Below are positions 45,928 through 52,532 of a stretch of 64,000 bases of DNA, piece after piece. The stretch's first letter is position 1. Every line of letters starts with the position of its first letter. The notes beneath the pieces are model-generated. The model saw nothing but the letters and a program-made list of their open reading frames with translations, did not search any database and was not told where the DNA came from. A program made the translations under genes and the position numbers. Source of the stretch: Chlamydiota bacterium (lineage in GTDB: Bacteria; Chlamydiota; Chlamydiia; Chlamydiales; JAAKFR01); NCBI GenBank assembly GCA_021772465.1, contig JAJFLX010000012.1, positions 65,404 to 129,403 on the forward strand, in the 5' to 3' direction.

Positions 45928-46178
45928 TACTCACACTTTTTCTCTCTTCTTTATTTGTTGGGGCAGCTTTAGGAGTCTTGCAGCGGATTCGCAAAAAAAG
46001 AAGAGTGCAGCGCGCAAGGGAAGTTCCTTTGCTCGAGGCGAGAGAGCGTATTGACCTACTTGAAAAACAGCTAGGTGAAACTAAAGAGCTTGCTCTTCGC
46101 GCCTTTTATGAAGAAGAGCTTCAGGTAGCCAAAAATCAACTCGCCCGCGCCCACCACCAGAAGAGATCAGCCTCCTAA
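45924..46178 (+). CDS. Small single-pass membrane protein with coiled-coil tail
   Basis: ATGA start/stop overlap with the DUF2063 gene. MILTLFLSSLFVGAALGVL TM segment followed by a basic stretch and a helical tail. Its last ~19 codons are duplicated at 49358-49420. Confidence 0.55.
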   Translation: MILTLFLSSLFVGAALGVLQRIRKKRRVQRAREVPLLEARERIDLLEKQLGETKELALRAFYEEELQVAKNQLARAHHQKRSAS

Positions 46179-46220
46179 TTAGGGTCAGAGAAATGAAGAA
46201 AAATGTGCTTGTAGGGATGG
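46121..46220 (+). repeat. Left copy of ~100-bp imperfect direct repeat bracketing the ankyrin/IS islet
   Basis: ttcaggtagccaaaaatcaactcgcccgcgcccaccaccagaagagatcagcctcctaa...cttgtagggatgg aligns with 49358-49465, mostly identical with a few small indels. Confidence 0.8.
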
Positions 46221-46303
46221 AAGTAGACTGCTGTTTTCATCTCGATATCATGCGCATGACAATCACTCCCGGAATATAAATTCGGCGAAAGAGGCTTGGG
46301 CTC

Positions 46304-47047
46304 TCAGTGAAGCATTGATATACCCTTACCAGTCATTAGTGTAGCGAATAGCTCAGCTACATCTCTCTCTTTATTTCTCTCGTCAGCCCTCAAAAGCAAG
46401 CCATGAATTTGACGCAGTGTTTTACTCTTAGCTCCCTCAACCTTTTGAATGACCGTTCTACCGTATCTGTCAGTAATTTGAGGATTCGCCCCCCACTCCA
46501 AAAGAGCCCTGACAACCGCGGCATATCCAAGTGTAGTTGCCCTCTGAAGAGCAGTATCGCCATTTTGACGCAAAGCATTGGGGTTGGCCCCTGCAGTTAA
46601 AAGAATCCTGGCAACTGAGGCATGTCCCTTTAGAGCTGCCACTATAAGAGCAGTATCGCCACCCTCATCCACAGCATTGGGGTCGGCCCCCCACTCCAAA
46701 AGAGCCCTGACAACCGCGGCATATCCAAGTGTAGTTGCCCTCTGAAGAGCAGTATCGCCACCCTCATCCACAGCATTGGGGTCGGCCCCTCCCTCTAAGA
46801 GAGCCCTGACATCCTCAGCATGACCACGGGTAACCGCCCAGAACAAAACTCCAGAAAGATCTCTATTCACCGGCTCTCTACCGGCCCCTCCCTCTTGCTG
46901 CACCTCAGGAGCTCCAGCGAGTACTCTAAGAGCAACCTCCGCTGTAGCAGCAGCGCCTTCATTTTCAGCATCGGGATTAGCCCCCTCTGCGACTCTATCA
47001 AATGTTTTCGATGGAATAGAACCTGATGAACCGGGAGCAGGAGTCAT
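46304..47047 (-). CDS. Ankyrin-repeat protein (paralog 1)
   Basis: 247 aa with about 5 ANK repeats (GDTALQRATTLGYAAVVRALLEWGADPNAVDE etc.). Its N- and C-termini are shared with the neighbouring paralog. Confidence 0.85.
   Translation of the reverse strand: MTPAPGSSGSIPSKTFDRVAEGANPDAENEGAAATAEVALRVLAGAPEVQQEGGAGREPVNRDLSGVLFWAVTRGHAEDVRALLEGGADPNAVDEGGDTALQRATTLGYAAVVRALLEWGADPNAVDEGGDTALIVAALKGHASVARILLTAGANPNALRQNGDTALQRATTLGYAAVVRALLEWGANPQITDRYGRTVIQKVEGAKSKTLRQIHGLLLRADERNKERDVAELFATLMTGKGISMLH
46488..46790 (-). repeat. Intragenic near-perfect repeats of ankyrin modules
   Basis: A 75-bp perfect repeat at 46488-46562 and 46686-46760 (198-bp offset). A further ~44-bp repeat at about 46647-46690 and 46746-46789 (99-bp offset). 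Confidence 0.85.
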
Positions 47048-47241
47048 AAAAGCACCTTTTTAATAAATTTAAACATCATTCTACAAAATATATTGTTTTT
47101 TTAGAAACTATAACAATTCTTGTTATGTAAAATCAGATGACAAAGAAGACCAAAGCGATTGATCAGAGATGCGACTCTATGTGCCTTCCCGTTTAACGCC
47201 GTATACCTTGCTTCCTTATCGACGAAAGAGGCTTCGGCTCT

Positions 47242-47853
47242 CTAGTGAAGCATTGATTTGCCCATGCCAGGCACTAATGCAGCAAATAGCTCAGCTACAT
47301 CTTTCTCTTTTTTTGCCTCCTCAAGAGTCCTTACAACTGAGGCATGTTCCGTCCGAACTGCCGCCATAAGAGCAGTTCTGCCAAACTCATCCACAGCATT
47401 GAGGTCAGCCCGACCCTCTAAGAGAGTCCTGACCACTGAGTTATATCCAAATTCAGTTGCAAGCATAAGAGCAGTATCGCCATCCTTATCCACAGCGTTG
47501 GGATCTGCTCCACGCTCCAAAAGAGCCTTGACAACTGAAGCATGTCCCTTTAGAGCTGCCACTATAAGAGCAGGATCACCATCCTCATCCACAGCATTAG
47601 GGTCGACCCCCTCATCTAAGAATTCCCTGACACTCCGAGCTGAGCCTCGGTCAATCGCCCAGAAAAAAGGTCCAGAAAGATCTCTATCTATCGACTCTCG
47701 ATTGACTCCTCTCGCTTGCGGCATAGCGAGTACTCTAAGAGCAACCTCAGCTGTAGCAGCAGCGCCTTCATCTACAGTATTGGGATCCACTCTTGAAGCA
47801 GAATCGCATACTTTCGATGGACTATAACCTGATAAACCAGGAGCGTGAGTCAC
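47242..47853 (-). CDS. Ankyrin-repeat protein (paralog 2)
   Basis: 203 aa. N-terminus MTHAPGLSGYSPSK...EGAAATAEVALRVLA and C-terminus KEKDVAELFAALVPGMGKSMLH parallel paralog 1. The 3' flanks are also homologous (46283 vs 47220 onward). Confidence 0.85.
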   Translation of the reverse strand: MTHAPGLSGYSPSKVCDSASRVDPNTVDEGAAATAEVALRVLAMPQARGVNRESIDRDLSGPFFWAIDRGSARSVREFLDEGVDPNAVDEDGDPALIVAALKGHASVVKALLERGADPNAVDKDGDTALMLATEFGYNSVVRTLLEGRADLNAVDEFGRTALMAAVRTEHASVVRTLEEAKKEKDVAELFAALVPGMGKSMLH

Positions 47854-47859
47854 AACAAT

Positions 47860-47980
47860 ACCTTTTTTTATTAAATTTAATAACTATTATATATAATATA
47901 GTGTTTTTACACAATTATAAAATTTATTAATATAAAATAAATTGTTTAATTAATTAAAGTTTATGTAAAAAATAAAAAAA
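47860..47980. other. Extremely AT-rich tract
   Basis: ttttttattaaatttaataactattatatataatatagtg...ttaattaattaaagtttatgtaaaaaataaaaaaa. It stands out against the surrounding sequence and lies between ankyrin paralog 2 and the IS relics. Confidence 0.8.
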
Positions 47981-47981
47981 C

Positions 47982-48140
47982 CTAGCCGAAGACGTCCTGG
48001 TATTCGACTCAACAGACTTCAAAGGGAAAGGAGGGTGGGAAGCGCATCAACACGGGGCCGGCAAGAAAAGAGCTTGGAGAAAATACATTTAGTTATCTGT
48101 CGACAAAGTCATGATATTTTTTTACCAGCGCAAGGTTTTA
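47982..48140 (+). mobile_element. IS5-family transposase relic (short internal fragment)
   Basis: Translates as LAEDVLVFDSTDFKGKGGWEAHQHGAGKKRAWRKYI*LSVD. This resembles the DSTG...GEWK.RKHG..KRR.WRKLH..VD block around the first catalytic Asp of IS5-type DDE transposases. It is stop-interrupted and truncated at both ends. Confidence 0.6.
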
Positions 48141-48366
48141 TCCTAGCTTTACAAAAATCCTAAATCTTCGGGACTAGGGAGTTCAAGAACCTGTTTCAAC
48201 CACTCATAACATGCTATGCCAAAGTCTTCTATGTCTATCTAGCATTCAGAACCACAGACAACCACTAGAATCGAAATGATGAGGATGTTACCACGTTGGT
48301 GCAGTTCTTTACGCTCTAGCCTTGGGTCGGGCATCTCTGCAAATAAGCCGATAAACTGAATTTGAC
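48141..48366 (-). mobile_element. ISAs1-family transposase N-terminal relic
   Basis: Reverse strand translates as LFAEMPDPRLERKELHQRGNILIISILVVVCGSEC*IDIEDFGIACYEWLKQVLELPSPEDLGF. This matches the ISAs1/H-repeat N-domain pattern (F..L.DPR...K.H.L.DIL.I...AV.CGA..W..IE.FG....WL...L.L). It carries an in-frame stop and lacks the DDE domain. Confidence 0.65.
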
Positions 48367-48464
48367 ATCCACAATCACCTCGATTTAAGGCGACGAGCAC
48401 CTACTGTCGGGGTCCTATCAATCAATTGGAAATTGTAATGCGTTTTCCCTGATGTAAAAGGTCT

Positions 48465-49295
48465 CTAATTGATTGTCTTGGTCAATTCAGCAAGAGCTGA
48501 CCATTTCGTTTCAAACTCTTGCTCGCTAATTTGTGGCGAGGGGTAAAGATTCGCACCAAGGTAATGAATTCCATCATACTGAATAAGTGGATTATATTTA
48601 TTCAGGGACTCTTCTACATTTTTTAAATTATCTTCACGATCGTCTATGAATATCACACGCTTGGGGTGCAAGCCGGCGATTTGCAAGAAGCGAATCAATA
48701 CATCCCCTTTTGGACAGACTGGTCCATTGGCAAACAAAATGCCCTGCTTATATGAAGAATAATTACCTCGATAAGAGGGGAGGTCACAAAAGGTTTGATT
48801 TTCTTGCATTGGAGCCGACGAGGTAAAGTCAATTCCAAGCTTACATAGGCGATTAATTTTCCACGCTTCCAGACTTGCAATATTTTTTAATGGACCCGTG
48901 AGGTTAGAAGTTAAAGCAATGGTGGGTACGCTGTTTTCAATTAATCTGCTGAGAAGGGTAGGAGTATAGGTGTCGACTAGAATCGAATCTGAGTTGAGCA
49001 GCATCAAAGTTAAGAAAAGATTTTTTTTCTCCTGAGGAATGGATTGGGAAATCCGTTTTGCCACATTTCGAAAATGCACCATATTGGCCATTTGAAATGC
49101 TGGATCGCTTGGTTGTATCAAGACCATATCAATGTCAAAAATTATTAAGGTGTCACAATCTGCGTTCGCAAAATAACGTGTAACTTCTTCCATCGTATTT
49201 ACCTTATTGATTGTAGCGTAGCCGCTTGCAAAAGAACACAATATGACAATCGAAAAATAAAGCAACACTTTTGAAGTAAATTTTCTGTCACGCAT
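48465..49295 (-). CDS. Secreted HAD-superfamily-like protein (DUF2608-like)
   Basis: Probable start MRDRKFTSKVLLYFSIVILCSFASG (signal/TM). HAD motif I-like LIIFDIDMVL and motif IV-like VIFIDDREDN. It is visibly AT-richer than backbone genes. My recollection of this family as Legionella/Coxiella-type is tentative. Confidence 0.6.
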   Translation of the reverse strand: MRDRKFTSKVLLYFSIVILCSFASGYATINKVNTMEEVTRYFANADCDTLIIFDIDMVLIQPSDPAFQMANMVHFRNVAKRISQSIPQEKKNLFLTLMLLNSDSILVDTYTPTLLSRLIENSVPTIALTSNLTGPLKNIASLEAWKINRLCKLGIDFTSSAPMQENQTFCDLPSYRGNYSSYKQGILFANGPVCPKGDVLIRFLQIAGLHPKRVIFIDDREDNLKNVEESLNKYNPLIQYDGIHYLGANLYPSPQISEQEFETKWSALAELTKTIN

Positions 49296-49357
49296 TTCAA
49301 TCCTTTTTAAAGGCTGTGGGAGAGCCTGCGCCGAGCATAGCTGGAGCTGCAATGTTT

Positions 49358-49465
49358 TTCAAATAGCCAAAAATCAGCTCGCCCGCGCCCACTACCAGAA
49401 AAAATCAGCCCCTTAAGTCAGGGTCTTAAGAGAGAAACGAAGAAAATTCTGTCTTGTAGGAATGG
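49358..49465 (+). repeat. Right copy of the direct repeat bracketing the islet
   Basis: tttcaaatagccaaaaatcagctcgcccgcgcccactaccagaaaaaatcagccccttaa...cttgtaggaatgg. It keeps the reading frame QIAKNQLARAHYQKKSAP*, against QVAKNQLARAHHQKRSAS* in the intact gene. Confidence 0.8.
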
Positions 49466-49482
49466 GCACAATAAGATATAAT
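49454..49482 (+). promoter_or_regulatory. Candidate promoter TTGTAG-17 nt-TATAAT for the 49521 gene
   Basis: Read directly. The -10 lies about 38 nt upstream of the ATG at 49521. Confidence 0.3.
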
Positions 49483-49520
49483 AAAAATAAGTGAAATACT
49501 GAAGATTTAAGGCTTTAAGA

Positions 49521-49817
49521 ATGAACTGGGGTAATGTTCTCCCAATCTTGTCGATTCTCGTCCTTATCCTCGTAGGGCTATGGGCGATTATGCGCAATAT
49601 TAAAGAAGAAATTCGCTCTGTAAAAATAGATCTGGATCATAAAATAGACAGATTAGATCACAAAATTGATGTGACTAAAGCAGAACTAAAAGAAGACATC
49701 AAAGTCGTGCGGGCAGATATACGCTCTCTTCAAGAAATGCTTTGGGTAAGCATTGTTGGCCAGAAACCAGAATTTTACAAGCAACCCAAAGATCAACAAC
49801 AAAACGAAAAAATTTAG
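49521..49817 (+). CDS. Small single-pass membrane protein with coiled-coil region
   Basis: 98 aa. TM segment VLPILSILVLILVGLWAI followed by repetitive KIDLDHKIDRLDHKIDV heptad-like sequence. Confidence 0.5.
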   Translation: MNWGNVLPILSILVLILVGLWAIMRNIKEEIRSVKIDLDHKIDRLDHKIDVTKAELKEDIKVVRADIRSLQEMLWVSIVGQKPEFYKQPKDQQQNEKI

Positions 49818-49839
49818 GTCGCTAGTCGCTAGACCCCAA

Positions 49840-50844
49840 TTAGAGATACTCTTCTTTTGTAGCTCGCTGCAGCAGAAATTTCACCGCATCGTGGGGGCTC
49901 AGTTTCTCGTAGACAACACGGTAGACCGCCTCAGTAATAGGAAGCTCTAACCCCTCTTTTCCAGCTATTTGCATCGCAGAAAGACACGTATAAGTACCCT
50001 CCACAACCATGCCGATCTTCTCTTTGGCCTTTTCAGGCTCTAACCCTTCAGCAATCATTTGACCAAAACGGTAGTTGCGACTCATCGTTGAAAGGCAAGT
50101 CACACAAAGATCGCCCATTCCAGCTAATCCATTGAGAGTATCTGGATTACACCCCTTCGTAATGGCAAGCTTCCTTATCTCGTGCAAGCCCCGAGTCATA
50201 AGAGCTGCCTTGGCATTATCCCCAAACCCAAGCCCATCTGATACACCACAAGCAATAGCAATGATGTTTTTTAAAGCGCCCCCTAGCTCAACGCCGTTGA
50301 TGTCTGAGTTAGGGTAAACGCGAAATGTCGGTGTGGAGAACGTTTCGTGGATGAGAGCCATCACTTTTGCATCATAGGCGCTGCATACAACAGAGCTCGG
50401 CAGCCCCCCCAGCACCTCTTGAGCAATAGAAGGGCCACTGAGACACCCGATCTGTTTTTTGTGTTTTTCACCGAGCACTTCAATCGCAACATCAGTGAGA
50501 AGCAGACCGGTATTTTGCTCAATCCCTTTTGAGGTCAAAACAATAGGACAACTTGGGACTCCGCGCTCTTTGATATGCTGAAAAACTTGACGGATGCCAG
50601 CAGAGGTCACCCCTTCTACTATAAGATCTTTACCCTGGATAACCTTTGAGAGATCTGTTGAAAATGAGAGCGAAGGAGGTGCAGGAAAACCCTTCAGAGT
50701 AGGGTGCTCACGCTTCTCATTCATGTGATCGACCGCCCGCTCATCGATGCTCCAACATTCTACTGTATACCCCTTTGAAGCGAGCAAAGAGGCAAGCGTA
50801 TAACCCCAAGCGCCCGCTCCTAAATAGCCTATTTTTTTAACCAT
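49840..50844 (-). CDS. gpsA: NAD(P)H-dependent glycerol-3-phosphate dehydrogenase
   Basis: MVKKIGYLGAGAWG Rossmann start (ATG 50844), with GALKNIIAIA and GLAGMGDL motifs. The ORF track start at 50859 would overlap the upstream gene. Confidence 0.9.
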   Translation of the reverse strand: MVKKIGYLGAGAWGYTLASLLASKGYTVECWSIDERAVDHMNEKREHPTLKGFPAPPSLSFSTDLSKVIQGKDLIVEGVTSAGIRQVFQHIKERGVPSCPIVLTSKGIEQNTGLLLTDVAIEVLGEKHKKQIGCLSGPSIAQEVLGGLPSSVVCSAYDAKVMALIHETFSTPTFRVYPNSDINGVELGGALKNIIAIACGVSDGLGFGDNAKAALMTRGLHEIRKLAITKGCNPDTLNGLAGMGDLCVTCLSTMSRNYRFGQMIAEGLEPEKAKEKIGMVVEGTYTCLSAMQIAGKEGLELPITEAVYRVVYEKLSPHDAVKFLLQRATKEEYL

Positions 50845-52150
50845 CAATATATTCCTCAATTGGAAACGGTTTATCTTTCCATCTCATTTTTAAATTCTCA
50901 TTAGGATAGTAGAAAGCGGGAGCGAGCTCAAAAAGTGCCCCTTCAGGCACCGGCTTGCCACTCACCTCGTTATAGAGCTTTCTCTCATGCGCTGTTATCG
51001 CCTCTTGCACCTTTTCCATGCTATCTTCCCCCTCAGAATTTTTCAAGGGGGCAAAAGTCGCTTCCCTGGGACTAAGAAGAGCTTTGCAGCGCGATGCGAT
51101 TGGAAGCACATCAAACAAAAATTCTTCAAATTTCCACGCGTTGGGCTCTACAGGGAGCGGCTCATGAGCTCTTTTCGCACTCTTTTTTGCTTTGTGTAAG
51201 GGAAACTGCATCTCGCTGGCACGTTTGATAAAGTCGAGTGAAAAGCTATAAAGCCCTAAATTTCCCCATACCTCAGCAGGGAGAGAGCCCTCTAACTCAG
51301 AATACTCGATGATAGCTGGGCGCTTTTCAATCTCAACCAAAAGACCTACCTTCTCTTTTTCGTGGGTCGGTTTAGCCACTCTAAGAGCGACATCAAGCCC
51401 ATGGTGAAGATGAAAACTCATGAGCTCAAAATCGAAGGGGAGTGCGAGAGGGTTATCGATTGGCAGCACATTGACTACTTCCACCCCTTCTTGTTTCCAC
51501 GTCTCCCAAATACCCGCCTCCATGAGCCCTTTGAAGACCCCCCCATTTCCGTTTGGGCCCCAGGCAATGCGCGCGTCGCTTTCGAGAAAAAGATGTCCAG
51601 AAGTGTCGAGAAGTGGCCACATCTCTTGGGCAAAAAAGGAGACTTGCGAAGGTTCAAGACCAAAAAACTGGTGTTTGGCGAAGTAGCTTTGGATCTCATC
51701 GTGCGTCAAAGGGGAGGTCATGATCGCAAGAGGTAGAGGGGCCTTAACTAAAAGAGAGGCGGCGTGAGCTTTTTCAGCTACCAGTTGAAAAAGAGACTTC
51801 TTTTTCACCCTCGATATTGGAAAACAGCCTTTAGGCCCCTTAAACCGGAGCCGTGACCCCTGTCCCCCCGCAAGAATAACTGCAGCACCACATACCTTGC
51901 GAGAGGGAGCAGAGGTTGCAATACCAGAAAAAGAGCTACAAGGGGGTAGAGGCTTTGCTTGAGCAGAGGTGAGCTCAGCTTGTTGCCTTTTAAGGAAAAT
52001 CGGATCGAGATGGGTGATCTCTCTGAGCAGCTCTCTCTTTTGTGAAGAGGAGAGCTTCTCCCAGCCCGCGACGAGGTGATTTTCACCCACCTCATCTAGC
52101 CTTTGAAAGGCTGCCTCTCTACTTAGGAGGGGTGGAAATGGCGACTTCAT
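50837..52150 (-). CDS. UDP-sugar / UDP-N-acetylglucosamine pyrophosphorylase (UDPGP family, eukaryote-type)
   Basis: 437 aa. LAGGQGSRLRFKGPKGCFPIS nucleotide-binding loop and the PNGNGG motif. Confidence 0.8.
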   Translation of the reverse strand: MKSPFPPLLSREAAFQRLDEVGENHLVAGWEKLSSSQKRELLREITHLDPIFLKRQQAELTSAQAKPLPPCSSFSGIATSAPSRKVCGAAVILAGGQGSRLRFKGPKGCFPISRVKKKSLFQLVAEKAHAASLLVKAPLPLAIMTSPLTHDEIQSYFAKHQFFGLEPSQVSFFAQEMWPLLDTSGHLFLESDARIAWGPNGNGGVFKGLMEAGIWETWKQEGVEVVNVLPIDNPLALPFDFELMSFHLHHGLDVALRVAKPTHEKEKVGLLVEIEKRPAIIEYSELEGSLPAEVWGNLGLYSFSLDFIKRASEMQFPLHKAKKSAKRAHEPLPVEPNAWKFEEFLFDVLPIASRCKALLSPREATFAPLKNSEGEDSMEKVQEAITAHERKLYNEVSGKPVPEGALFELAPAFYYPNENLKMRWKDKPFPIEEYIDG

Positions 52151-52532
52151 CTTGAGATTGCTCTAATTGAACGCGCCATTGGGCATAATTCTTTTCCTTA
52201 ATCTTTTCGATCACTTTTCTCTCTATAACCAACTGTTTCAGTCGCTCTCCCACTTCGTCAACCTGTTTTGATTGAACAAGTCGCGCCTCTTTTGCCTCGA
52301 CAAGCGAGGCGTTGAGGTGGTCCAAAAGGGAGCTATAGCTCTCAGAATCGCCCTTTTCTCGTCTCAGACGGATCTCATTTAGGAGTGAGTCCACTTGGTG
52401 CTCTAGAGTGCGCTCTTTCTCTTCTAATTTAGCTAATTTCTGTTGCACGTAAGCCAGCTCTCGTTGCATACGGCTCTCACGCACTCTGCGCACTTTGAGT
52501 AGAGTCTCGAGCCTGAAAAAAAACTTCTTCAT
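52119..52532 (-). CDS. FliJ/SctO-like export chaperone (stalk) protein
   Basis: 137 aa, all coiled coil (FRLETLLKVRRVRESRMQRELAYVQQKL). Lies immediately downstream of the ATPase gene with a 4-nt overlap. Confidence 0.6.
   Translation of the reverse strand: MKKFFFRLETLLKVRRVRESRMQRELAYVQQKLAKLEEKERTLEHQVDSLLNEIRLRREKGDSESYSSLLDHLNASLVEAKEARLVQSKQVDEVGERLKQLVIERKVIEKIKEKNYAQWRVQLEQSQDEVAISTPPK

Noticed and set aside
47258-47827. 189-aa Ser/Ala/Thr-rich ORF antisense to ankyrin paralog 2. A shorter equivalent lies opposite paralog 1.
   Set aside because: This is the mirror image of ANK codon periodicity. The ANK frame has clear repeat consensus and the antisense frame is low-complexity.
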